A stretch of DNA of 64,000 nucleotides from Balanoglossus misakiensis (taxonomy: Eukaryota; Animalia; Hemichordata), in the NCBI GenBank assembly GCA_040954595.2, contig CM082587.2, forward strand, positions 2,199,000-2,262,999, given 5' to 3'. Shown piece by piece: positions 11,426-24,400 of this stretch. The notes under the pieces were generated by a model, which searched no databases, was not told where the DNA came from, and saw nothing but the letters and a program-made list of their open reading frames with translations. Within the stretch, counting starts at the first letter, position 1, and each line of letters opens with the position of its first letter. The translations under genes were made by a program, and so were the position numbers.

Positions 11426-11989
11426 TTATCCTGAATGATTGTTACAAATGGGTATACAGTATGGTAGTCCGATTAAAGCTCGGCGATCGGAACTCGGAAC
11501 TGCTTCTTCAGATTCGTTGGGAAATTGATCAGTGTCTCTTTGGAAACTACAGTTAAAGGGCCACTTGCACTGCACATCTCTGGCTGTTCGCTTCAACCAA
11601 TTACAGTAGGGCTTACAGTTTTGCAGTGCCTGGTTATAGCGGTACCATTCCCGGTCCCTTGCCCGTTTCGTTCTGTCAACGCTTGTCTCCATGCCAACGG
11701 TTGCTTCGTCTTCTCCGCTCCGCTTCCAACTCGAACAGAACCGACCACAGGGTTTTTCGCCGGCGTGTAGAAGTCACAGCTGCCGCTGACGATCTCGACC
11801 ACTCTTGCATTTTCCGTCGCAGCCGAACTGACCCCGTTTCACTAGTCCCTCCATTTCTTCCGCTGTGTCGTGGACCACAAAGTCATAAGGTTCCTTCGTT
11901 TGTTCATCAAAAAGCTCAGATTTTGCGAAAAATGTGCAGCACAACACAAACAAGGTGACTGTAACACACGTGTGTCTCATATTCCACAT
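11426..11989 (-). CDS. Secreted multi-peptide Cys-pair precursor, copy A (187 codons) with one internal TGA; nonsense allele or recoded stop
   Basis: Track ORFs 11774..12022 and 11426..11692 share one frame, and the gap translates without further stops: MWNMRHTCVTVTLFVLCCTFFAKS-ELFD...LV KR GQFGCDGKCKSG RDRQRQL * LLHAGEKPCGRFCSSW KR SGEDEATVGMETSVDRT KR ...LQNCKPYCNWL KR ...RR ALIGLPYCIPICNNHSG*. A splice acceptor (ttttttctcag) lies 11 nt before the ATG. Confidence 0.8.
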
Positions 11990-12199
11990 TGTACAATGAC
12001 CTGAGAAAAAATAAGACAACAAAAATTACCGAAAAGTAAACATGATGCTCTTCTACCATCTTTTGTCACCAATTTAACGGTGGCAAAACAATGAAAGTAT
12101 TCTCTGTCTCCATCAGAGGAAAATAAACAGCAGCCCATGCTGACCGTCTCAACACTAACTAAAAATTTTATGTCAAATTCTTCGCTGCGAAAATTAAGC

Positions 12200-12410
12200 T
12201 TATTTTGGCATTTTCCATGTCATATTCATGGGTTATAGCTCATGAACGCTCAAAAAAAGACTACATCTGGAATTTGAAAATTTTGCTCATTTTGGCATTT
12301 CCATGTCATATGCAAGGGTTATAATTCATGAACGCTCAGAAAATGACAAAATTTGGAATTTGAAAATTTTGCTCATTTTGGCATTTCCATGTTATATGCA
12401 AGGGTTATAG
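12200..12410 (+). repeat. About 2.5 diverged ~86-bp monomers at the left edge of the satellite
   Basis: gctcattttggcatttccatg recurs at 12285 and 12371. Shares gggttatagctcatgaa and cagaaaatga with the main monomer. Confidence 0.85.
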
Positions 12411-15400
12411 AATCGTCAGAAAATGAGAATTTTTCGACTTTGGGGATTTTCAAAATTTGGCCATTTTTCACAAAAACCATGGGTTATAGCTCATGAAAAT
12501 CGTCAGAAAATGAGAATTTTTCGACTTTGGGGATTTTCAAAATTTGGCCATTTTTCACAAAAACCATGGGTTATAGCTCATGAAAATCGTCAGAAAATGA
12601 GAATTTTTCGACTTTGGGGATTTTCAAAATTTGGCCATTTTTCACAAAAACCATGGGCTATAGCTCATGAAAATCGTCAGAAAATGAGAATTTTTCGACT
12701 TTGGGGATTTTCAAAATTTGGCCATTTTTCACAAAAATCATGGGTTATAGCTCATGAAAATCGTCAGAAAATGAGAATTTTTCGACTTTGGGGATTTTCA
12801 AAATTTGGCCATTTTTCACAAAAACCATGGGTTATAGCTCATGAAAATCGTCAGAAAATGAGAATTTTTCGACTTTGGGGATTTTCAAAATTTGGCCATT
12901 TTTCACAAAAACCATGGGTTATAGCTCATGAAAATCGTCAGAAAATGAGAATTTTTCGACTTTGGGGATTTTCAAAATTTGGCCATTTTTCACAAAAATC
13001 ATGGGTTATAGCTCATGAAAATCGTCAGAAAATGAGAATTTTTCGACTTTGGGGATTTTCAAAATTTGGCCATTTTTCACAAAAACCATGGGTTATAGCT
13101 CATGAAAATCGTCAGAAAATGAGAATTTTTCGACTTTGGGGATTTTCAAAATTTGGCCATTTTTCACAAAAACCATGGGTTATAGCTCATGAAAATCGTC
13201 AGAAAATGAGAATTTTTCGACTTTGGGGATTTTCAAAATTTGGCCATTTTTCACAAAAATCATGGGTTATAGCTCATGAAAATCGTCAGAAAATGAGAAT
13301 TTTTCGACTTTGGGGATTTTCAAAATTTGGCCATTTTTCACAAAAACCATGGGTTATAGCTCATGAAAATCGTCAGAAAATGAGAATTTTTCGACTTTGG
13401 GGATTTTCAAAATTTGGCCATTTTTCACAAAAACCATGGGTTATAGCTCATGAAAATCGTCAGAAAATGAGAATTTTTCGACTTTGGGGATTTTCAAAAT
13501 TTGGCCATTTTTCACAAAAACCATGGGTTATAGCTCATGAAAATCGTCAGAAAATGAGAATTTTTCGACTTTGGGGATTTTCAAAATTTGCCCATTTTTC
13601 ACAAAAATCATGGGTTATAGCTCATGAAAATCGTCAGAAAATGAGAATTTTTCGACTTTGGGGATTTTCAAAATTTGCCCATTTTTCACAAAAATCATGG
13701 GTTATAGCTCATGAAAATCGTCAGAAAATGAGAATTTTTCGACTTTGGGGATTTTCAAAATTTGGCCATTTTTCACAAAAACCATGGGTTATAGCGCATG
13801 AAAATCGTCAGAAAATGAGAATTTTTCGACTTTGGGGATTTTCAAAATTTGGCCATTTTTCACAAAAATCATGGGTTATAGCTCATGAAAATCGTCAGAA
13901 AATGAGAATTTTTCGACTTTGGGGATTTTCAAAATTTGGCCATTTTTCACAAAAACCATGGGTTATAGCTCATGAAAATCGTCAGAAAATGAGAATTTTT
14001 CGACTTTGGGGATTTTCAAAATTTGGCCATTTTTCACAAAAACCATGGGTTATAGCTCATGAAAATCGTCAGAAAATGAGAATTTTTCGACTTTGGGGAT
14101 TTTCAAAATTTGGCCATTTTTCACAAAAATCATGGGTTATAGCTCATGAAAATCGTCAGAAAATGAGAATTTTTCGACTTTGGGGATTTTCAAAATTTGG
14201 CCATTTTTCACAAAAACCATGGGTTATAGCTCATGAAAATCGTCAGAAAATGAGAATTTTTCGACTTTGGGGATTTTCAAAATTTGGCCATTTTTCACAA
14301 AATCCATGGGTTATAGCTCATGAAAATCGTCAGAAAATGAGAATTTTTCGACTTTGGGGATTTTCAAAATTTGGCCATTTTTCACAAAAATCATGGGTTA
14401 TAGCTCATGAAAATCGTCAGAAAATGAGAATTTTTCGACTTTGGGGATTTTCAAAATTTGGCCATTTTTCACAAAAACCATGGGTTATAGCTCATGAAAA
14501 TCGTCAGAAAATGAGAATTTTTCGACTTTGGGGATTTTCAAAATTTGGCCATTTTTCACAAAAACCATGGGTTATAGCTCATGAAAATCGTCAGAAAATG
14601 AGAATTTTTCGACTTTGGGGATTTTCAAAATTTGGCCATTTTTCACAAAAATCATGGGTTATAGCTCATGAAAATCGTCAGAAAATGAGAATTTTTCGAC
14701 TTTGGGGATTTTCAAAATTTGGCCATTTTTCACAAAAACCATGGGTTATAGCTCATGAAAATCGTCAGAAAATGAGAATTTTTCGACTTTGGGGATTTTC
14801 AAAATTTGGCCATTTTTCACAAAAATCATGGGTTATAGCTCATGAAAATCGTCAGAAAATGAGAATTGTTTGACTTTGGGGATTTTCAAAATTTGGCCAT
14901 TTTTCACAAAAATCATGGGTTATAGCTCATGAAAATCGTCAGAAAATGAGAATTTTTCGACTTTGGGGATTTTCAAAATTTGGCCATTTTTCACAAAAAC
15001 CATGGGTTATAGCTCATGAAAATCGTCAGAAAATCAGAATTTTTCGATTTTGGGGATTTTCAAAATTTGGCCATTTTTCACAAAAACCATGGGTTATAGC
15101 TCATGAAAATCGTCAGAATATGAGAATTTTTCGACTTTGGGGATTTTCAAAATTTGGCCATTTTTCACAAAAACCATGGGTTATAGCTCATGAAAATCGT
15201 CAGAAAATGAGAATTTTTCGACTTTGGGGATTTTCAAAATTTGGCCATTTTTCACAAAAACCATGGGTTATAGCTCATGAATATCGTCAGAAAATGAGAA
15301 ATTTTCGACTTTGGGGATTTTCAAAATTTGGCCATTTTTCACAAAAACCATGGGTTATAGCTCATGAAAATCGTCAGAAAATGAGAATTTTTCGACTTTG

Positions 15401-18400
15401 GGGATTTTCAAAATTTGGCCATTTTTCACAAAAACCATGGGTTATAGCTCATGAAAATCGTCAGAAAATGAGAATTTTTCGACTTTGGGGATTTTCAAAA
15501 TTTGGCCATTTTTCACAAAAACCATGGGTTATAGCTCATGAAAATCGTCAGAAAATGAGAATTTTTCGACTTTGGGGATTTTCAAAATTTGGCCATTTTT
15601 CACAAAAACCATGGGTTATAGCTCATGAAAATCGTCAGAAAATGAGAATTTTTCGACTTTGGGGATTTTCAAAATTTGGCCATTTTTCACAAAAACCATG
15701 GGTTATAGCTCATGAAAATCGTCAGAAAATGAGAATTTTTCGACTTTGGGGATTTTCAAAATTTGGCCATTTTTCACAAAAACCATGGGTTATAGCTCAT
15801 GAAAATCGTCAGAAAATGAGAATTTTTCGACTTTGGGGATTTTCAAAATTTGGCCATTTTTCACAAAAACCATGGGTTATAGCTCATGAAAATCGTCAGA
15901 AAATGAGAATTTTTCGACTTTGGGGATTTTCAAAATTTGGCCATTTTTCACAAAAATCATGGGTTATAGCTCATGAAAATCGTCAGAAAATGAGAATTTT
16001 TCGACTTTGGGGATTTTCAAAATTTGGCCATTTTTCACAAAAATCATGGGTTATAGCTCATGAAAATCGTCAGAAAATGAGAATTTTTCGACTTTGGGGA
16101 TTTTCAAAATTTGGCCATTTTTCACAAAAACCATGGGTTATAGCTCATGAAAATCGTCAGAAAATGAGAATTTTTCGACTTTGGGGATTTTCAAAATTTG
16201 GCCATTTTTCACAAAAACCATGGGTTATAGCTCATGAAAATCGTCAGAAAATGAGAATTTTTCGACTTTGGGGATTTTCGAAATTTGGCCATTTTTCACA
16301 TAAATCATGGGTTATAGCTCATGAAAATCGTCAGAAAATGAGAATTTTTCGACTTTGGGGATTTTCGAAATTTGGCCATTTTTCACAAAAACCATGGGTT
16401 ATAGCTCATGAAAATCGTCAGAAAATGAGAATTTTTCGACTTTGGGGATTTTCAAAATTTGGCCATTTTTCACAAAAACCATGGGTTATAGCTCATGAAA
16501 ATCGTCAGAAAATGAGAATTTTTCGACTTTGGGGATTTTCAAAATTTGGCCATTTTTCACAAAAACCATGGGTTATAGCTCATGAAAATCGTCAGAAAAT
16601 GAGAATTTTTCGACTTTGGGGATTTTCAAAATTTGGCCATTTTTCACAAAAACCATGGGTTATAGCTCATGAAAATCGTCAGAAAATGAGAATTTTTCGA
16701 CTTTGGGGATTTTCAAAATTTAGCCATTTTTCACAAAAACCATGGGTTATAGCTCATGAAAATCGTCAGAAAATGAGAATTTTTCGACTTTGGGGATTTT
16801 CAAAATTTGGCCATTTTTCACAAAAATCATGGGTTATAGCTCATGAAAATCGTCAGAAAATGAGAATTTTTCGACTTTGGGGATTTTCAAAATTTGGCCA
16901 TTTTTCACAAAAATCATGGGTTATAGCTCATAAAAATCGTCAGAAAATGAGAATTTTTCGACTTTGGGGATTTTCAAAATTTGGCCATTTTTCACAAAAA
17001 TCATGGGTTATAGCTCATGAAAATCGTCAGAAAATGAGAATTTTTCGACTTTGGGGATTTTCAAAATTTGGCCATTTTTCACAAAAACCATGGGTTATAG
17101 CTCATGAAAATCGTCAGAAAATGAGAATTTTTCGACTTTGGGGATTTTCAAAATTTGGCCATTTTTCACAAAAACCATGGGTTATAGCTCATGAAAATCG
17201 TCAGAAAATGAGAATTTTTCGACTTTGGGGATTTTCAAAATTTGGCCATTTTTCACAAAAACCATGGGTTATAGCTCATGAAAATCGTCAGAAAATGAGA
17301 ATTTTTCGACTTTGGGGATTTTCAAAATTTGGCCATTTTTCACAAAAACCATGGGTTATAGCTCATGAAAATCGTCAGAAAATGAGAATTTTTCGACTTT
17401 GGGGATTTTCAAAATTTGGCCATTTTTCACAAAAATCATGGGTTATAGCTCATGAAAATCGTCAGAAAATGAGAATTTTTCGATTTTGGGGATTTTCAAA
17501 ATTTGGCCATTTTTCACAAAAACCATGGGTTATAGCTCATGAAAATCGTCAGAAAATGAGAATTTTTCGACTTTGGGGATTTTCAAAATTTGGCCATTTT
17601 TCACAAAAATCATGGGTTATAGCTCATGAAAATCGTCAGAAAATGAGAATTTTTCGACTTTGGGGATTTTCGAAATTTGGCCATTTTTCACAAAAACCAT
17701 GGGTTATAGCTCATGAAAATCGTCAGAAAATGAGAATTTTTCGACTTTGGGGATTTTCGAAATTTGGCCATTTTTCACAAAAACCATGGGTTATAGCTCA
17801 TGAAAATCGTCAGAAAATGAGAATTTTTCGACTTTGGGGATTTTCAAAATTTGGCCATTTTTCACAAAAACCATGGGTTATAGCTCATGAAAATCGTCAG
17901 AAAATGAGAATTTTTCGACTTTGGGGATTTTCAAAATTTGGCCATTTTTCACAAAAACCATGGGTTATAGCTCATGAAAATCGTCAGAAAATGAGAATTT
18001 TTCGACTTTGGGGATTTTCAAAATTTGGACATTTTTCACAAAAACCATGGGTTATAGCTCATGAAAATCGTCAGAAAATGAGAATTTTTCGACTTTGGGG
18101 ATTTTCAAAATTTGGCCATTTTTCACAAAAACCATGGGTTATAGCTCATGAAAATCGTCAGAAAATGAGAATTTTTCGACTTTGGGGATTTTCAAAATTT
18201 GGCCATTTTTCACAAAAATCATGGGTTATAGCTCATGAAAATCGTCAGAAAATGAGAATTTTTCGACTTTGGGGATTTTCAAAATTTGGCCATTTTTCAC
18301 AAAAATCATGGGTTTTAGCTCATGAAAATCGTCAGAAAATGAGAATTTTTCGACTTTGGGGATTTTCAAAATTTGGCCATTTTTCACAAAAACCATGGGT

Positions 18401-21400
18401 TATAGCTCATGAAAATCGTCAGAAAATGAGAATTTTTCGACTTTGGGGATTTTCAAAATTTGGCCATTTTTCACAAAAACCATGGGTTATAGCTCATGAA
18501 AATCGTCAGAAAATGAGAATTTTTCGACTTTGGGGATTTTCAAAATTTGGCCATTTTTCACAAAAACCATGGGTTATAGCTCATGAAAATCGTCAGAAAA
18601 TGAGAATTTTTCGACTTTGGGGATTTTCAAAATTTGGCCATTTTTCACAAAAACCATGGGTTATAGCTCATGAAAATCGTCAGAAAATGAGAATTTTTCG
18701 ACTTTGGGGATTTTCAAAATTTGGCCATTTTTCACAAAAACCATGGGTTATAGCTCATGAAAATCGTCAGAAAATGAGAATTTTTCGACTTTGGGGATTT
18801 TCAAAATTTGGCCATTTTTCACAAAAACCATGGGTTATAGCTCATGAAAATCGTCAGAAAATGAGAATTTTTCGACTTTGGGGATTTTCAAAATTTGGCC
18901 ATTTTTCACAAAAATCATGGGTTATAGCTCATGAAAATCGTCAGAAAATGAGAATTTTTCGACTTTGGGGATTTTCAAAATTTGGCCATTTTTCACAAAA
19001 ACCATGGGTTATAGCTCATGAAAATCGTCAGAAAATGAGAATTTTTCGACTTTGGGGATTTTCAAAATTTGGCCATTTTTCACAAAAACCATGGGTTATA
19101 GCTCATGAAAATCGTCAGAAAATGAGAATTTCTCGACTTTGGGAATTTTCGAAATTTGGCCATTTTTCACATAAACCATGGGTTATAGCTCATGAAAATC
19201 GTCAGAAAATGAGAATTTCTCGACTTTGGGAATTTTCGAAATTTGGCCATTTTTCACATAAACCATGGGTTATAGCTCATGAAAATCGTCAGAAAATGAG
19301 AATTTCTCGACTTTGGGAATTTTCGAAATTTGGCCATTTTTCACAAAAACCATGGGTTATAGCTCATGAAAATCGTCAGAAAATGAGAATTTCTCGACTT
19401 TGGGAATTTTCGAAATTTGGCCATTTTTCACAAAAACCATGGGTTATAGCTCATGAAAATCGTCAGAAAATGAGAATTTTTCGACTTTGGGGATTTTCAA
19501 AATTTGGCCATTTTTCACAAAAACCATGGGTTATAGCTCATGAAAATCGTCAGAAAATGAGAATTTTTCGACTTTGGGGATTTTCAAAATTTGGCCATTT
19601 TTCACAAAAACCATGGGTTATAGCTCATGAAAATCGTCAGAAAATGAGAATTTCTCGACTTTGGGAATTTTCGAAATTTGGCCATTTTTCACATAAACCA
19701 TGGGTTATAGCTCATGAAAATCGTCAGAAAATGAGAATTTCTCGACTTTGGGAATTTTCGAAATTTGGCCATTTTTCACATAAACCATGGGTTATAGCTC
19801 ATGAAAATCGTCAGAAAATGAGAATTTCTCGACTTTGGGAATTTTCGAAATTTGGCCATTTTTCACAAAAACCATGGGTTATAGCTCATGAAAATCGTCA
19901 GAAAATGAGAATTTCTCGACTTTGGGAATTTTCGAAATTTGGCCATTTTTCACAAAAACCATGGGTTATAGCTCATGAAAATCGTCAGAAAATGAGAATT
20001 TCTCGACTTTGGGAATTTTCGAAATTTGGCCATTTTTCACAAAAACCATGGGTTATAGCTCATGAAAATCGTCAGAAAATGAGAATTTCTCGACTTTGGG
20101 AATTTTCGAAATTTGGCCATTTTTCACAAAAACCATGGGTTATAGCTCATGAAAATCGTCAGAAAATGAGAATTTCTCGACTTTGGGAATTTTCGAAATT
20201 TGGCCATTTTTCACAAAAACCATGGGTTATAGCTCATGAAAATCGTCAGAAAATGAGAATTTTTCGACTTTGGGGATTTTCAAAATTTGGCCATTTTTCA
20301 CAAAAATCATGGGTTATAGCTCATGAAAATCGTCAGAAAATGAGAATTTTTCGACTTTGGGGATTTTCAAAATTTGGCCATTTTTCACAAAAACCATGGG
20401 TTATAGCTCATGAAAATCGTCAGAAAATGAGAATTTTTCGACTTTGGGGATTTTCAAAATTTGGCCATTTTTCACAAAAACCATGGGTTATAGCTCATGA
20501 AAATCGTCAGAAAATGAGAATTTTTCGACTTTGGGGATTTTCGAAATTTGGCCATTTTTCACAAAAACCATGGGTTATAGCTCATGAAAATCGTCAGAAA
20601 ATGAGAATTTCTCGACTTTGGGGATTTTCGAAATTTGGCCATTTTTCACAAAAACCATGGGTTATAGCTCATGAAAATCGTCAGAAAATGAGAATTTTTC
20701 GACTTTGGGGATTTTCAAAATTTGGCCATTTTTCACAAAAACCATGGGTTATAGCTCATGAAAATCGTCAGAAAATGAGAATTTTTCGACTTTGGGGATT
20801 TTCGAAATTTGGCCATTTTTCACAAAAACCATGGGTTATAGCTCATGAAAATCGTCAGAAAATGAGAATTTTTCGACTTTGGGGATTTTCGAAATTTGGC
20901 CATTTTTCACAAAAACCATGGGTTATAGCTCATGAAAATCGTCAGAAAATGAGAATTTCTCGACTTTGGGGATTTTCGAAATTTGGCCATTTTTCACAAA
21001 AACCATGGGTTATACCTCATGAAAGTCGTCAGAAAATGAGAATTTCTCGACTTTGGGAATTTTCGAAATTTGGCCATTTTTCACAAAAACCATGGGTTAT
21101 AGCTCATGAAAATCGTCAGAAAATGAGAATTTTTCGACTTTGGGGATTTTCGAAATTTGGCCATTTTTCACAAAAACCATGGGTTATAGCTCATGAAAAT
21201 CGTCAGAAAATGAGAATTTCTCGACTTTGGGGATTTTCGAAATTTGGCCATTTTTCACAAAAACCATGGGTTATAGCTCATGAAAATCGTCAGAAAATGA
21301 GAATTTTTCGACTTTGGGGATTTTCAAAATTTGGCCATTTTTCACAAAAACCATGGGTTATAGCTCATGAAAATCGTCAGAAAATGAGAATTTCTCGACT

Positions 21401-24400
21401 TTGGGAATTTTCGAAATTTGGCCATTTTTCACAAAAACCATGGGTTATAGCTCATGAAAGTCGTCAGAAAATGAGAATTTCTCGACTTTGGGAATTTTCG
21501 AAATTTGGCCATTTTTCACAAAAACCATGGGTTATAGCTCATGAAAGTCGTCAGAAAATGAGAATTTCTCGACTTTGGGAATTTTCGAAATTTGGCCATT
21601 TTTCACAAAAACCATGGGTTATAGCTCATGAAAATCGTCAGAAAATGAGAATTTTTCGATTTTGGGGATTTTCAAAATTTGGCCATTTTTCACAAAAATC
21701 ATGGGTTATAGCTCATGAAAATCGTCAGAAAATGAGAATTTTTCGACTTTGGGGATTTTCAAAATTTGGCCATTTTTCACAAAAATCATGGGTTATAGCT
21801 CATGAAAATCGTCAGAAAATGAGAATTTTTCGACTTTGGGGATTTTCAAAATTTGGCCATTTTTCACAAAAACCATGGGTTATAGCTCATGAAAATCGTC
21901 AGAAAATGAGAATTTTTCGACTTTGGGGATTTTCAAAATTTGGCCATTTTTCACAAAAACCATGGGTTATAGCTCATGAAAATCGTCAGAAAATGAGAAT
22001 TTTTCGACTTTGGGGATTTTCGAAATTTGGCCATTTTTCACAAAAACCATGGGTTATAGCTCATGAAAATCGTCAGAAAATGAGAATTTCTCGACTTTGG
22101 GGATTTTCGAAATTTGGCCATTTTTCACAAAAACCATGGGTTATAGCTCATGAAAATCGTCAGAAAATGAGAATTTTTCGACTTTGGGGATTTTCAAAAT
22201 TTGGCCATTTTTCACAAAAACCATGGGTTATAGCTCATGAAAATCGTCAGAAAATGAGAATTTTTCGACTTTGGGGATTTTCGAAATTTGGCCATTTTTC
22301 ACAAAAACCATGGGTTATAGCTCATGAAAATCGTCAGAAAATGAGAATTTTTCGACTTTGGGGATTTTCGAAATTTGGCCATTTTTCACAAAAACCATGG
22401 GTTATAGCTCATGAAAATCGTCAGAAAATGAGAATTTCTCGACTTTGGGGATTTTCGAAATTTGGCCATTTTTCACAAAAACCATGGGTTATACCTCATG
22501 AAAGTCGTCAGAAAATGAGAATTTCTCGACTTTGGGAATTTTCGAAATTTGGCCATTTTTCACAAAAACCATGGGTTATAGCTCATGAAAATCGTCAGAA
22601 AATGAGAATTTTTCGACTTTGGGGATTTTCGAAATTTGGCCATTTTTCACAAAAACCATGGGTTATAGCTCATGAAAATCGTCAGAAAATGAGAATTTCT
22701 CGACTTTGGGGATTTTCGAAATTTGGCCATTTTTCACAAAAACCATGGGTTATAGCTCATGAAAATCGTCAGAAAATGAGAATTTTTCGACTTTGGGGAT
22801 TTTCAAAATTTGGCCATTTTTCACAAAAACCATGGGTTATAGCTCATGAAAATCGTCAGAAAATGAGAATTTCTCGACTTTGGGAATTTTCGAAATTTGG
22901 CCATTTTTCACAAAAACCATGGGTTATAGCTCATGAAAGTCGTCAGAAAATGAGAATTTCTCGACTTTGGGAATTTTCGAAATTTGGCCATTTTTCACAA
23001 AAACCATGGGTTATAGCTCATGAAAGTCGTCAGAAAATGAGAATTTCTCGACTTTGGGAATTTTCGAAATTTGGCCATTTTTCACAAAAACCATGGGTTA
23101 TAGCTCATGAAAATCGTCAGAAAATGAGAATTTTTCGATTTTGGGGATTTTCAAAATTTGGCCATTTTTCACAAAAATCATGGGTTATAGCTCATGAAAA
23201 TCGTCAGAAAATGAGAATTTTTCGACTTTGGGGATTTTCAAAATTTGGCCATTTTTCACAAAAATCATGGGTTATAGCTCATGAAAATCGTCAGAAAATG
23301 AGAATTTTTCGACTTTGGGGATTTTCAAAATTTGGCCATTTTTCACAAAAACCATGGGTTATAGCTCATGAAAATCGTCAGAAAATGAGAATTTTTCGAC
23401 TTTGGGGATTTTCAAAATTTGGCCATTTTTCACAAAAACCATGGGTTATAGCTCATGAAAATCGTCAGAAAATGAGAATTTTTCGACTTTGGGGATTTTC
23501 GAAATTTGGCCATTTTTCACAAAAACCATGGGTTATAGCTCATGAAAATCGTCAGAAAATGAGAATTTCTCGACTTTGGGGATTTTCGAAATTTGGCCAT
23601 TTTTCACAAAAACCATGGGTTATAGCTCATGAAAATCGTCAGAAAATGAGAATTTTTCGACTTTGGGGATTTTCAAAATTTGGCCATTTTTCACAAAAAC
23701 CATGGGTTATAGCTCATGAAAATCGTCAGAAAATGAGAATTTTTCGACTTTGGGGATTTTCGAAATTTGGCCATTTTTCACAAAAACCATGGGTTATAGC
23801 TCATGAAAATCGTCAGAAAATGAGAATTTTTCGACTTTGGGGATTTTCGAAATTTGGCCATTTTTCACAAAAACCATGGGTTATAGCTCATGAAAATCGT
23901 CAGAAAATGAGAATTTCTCGACTTTGGGGATTTTCGAAATTTGGCCATTTTTCACAAAAACCATGGGTTATACCTCATGAAAGTCGTCAGAAAATGAGAA
24001 TTTCTCGACTTTGGGAATTTTCGAAATTTGGCCATTTTTCACAAAAACCATGGGTTATAGCTCATGAAAATCGTCAGAAAATGAGAATTTTTCGACTTTG
24101 GGGATTTTCGAAATTTGGCCATTTTTCACAAAAACCATGGGTTATAGCTCATGAAAATCGTCAGAAAATGAGAATTTCTCGACTTTGGGGATTTTCGAAA
24201 TTTGGCCATTTTTCACAAAAACCATGGGTTATAGCTCATGAAAATCGTCAGAAAATGAGAATTTTTCGACTTTGGGGATTTTCAAAATTTGGCCATTTTT
24301 CACAAAAACCATGGGTTATAGCTCATGAAAATCGTCAGAAAATGAGAATTTCTCGACTTTGGGAATTTTCGAAATTTGGCCATTTTTCACAAAAACCATG

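Noticed and set aside
11589-11630. LQNC as a vasotocin/oxytocin-like peptide
   Set aside because: Lacks the CxxxxCPxG-GKR pattern and neurophysin domain, and is not adjacent to the signal peptide.
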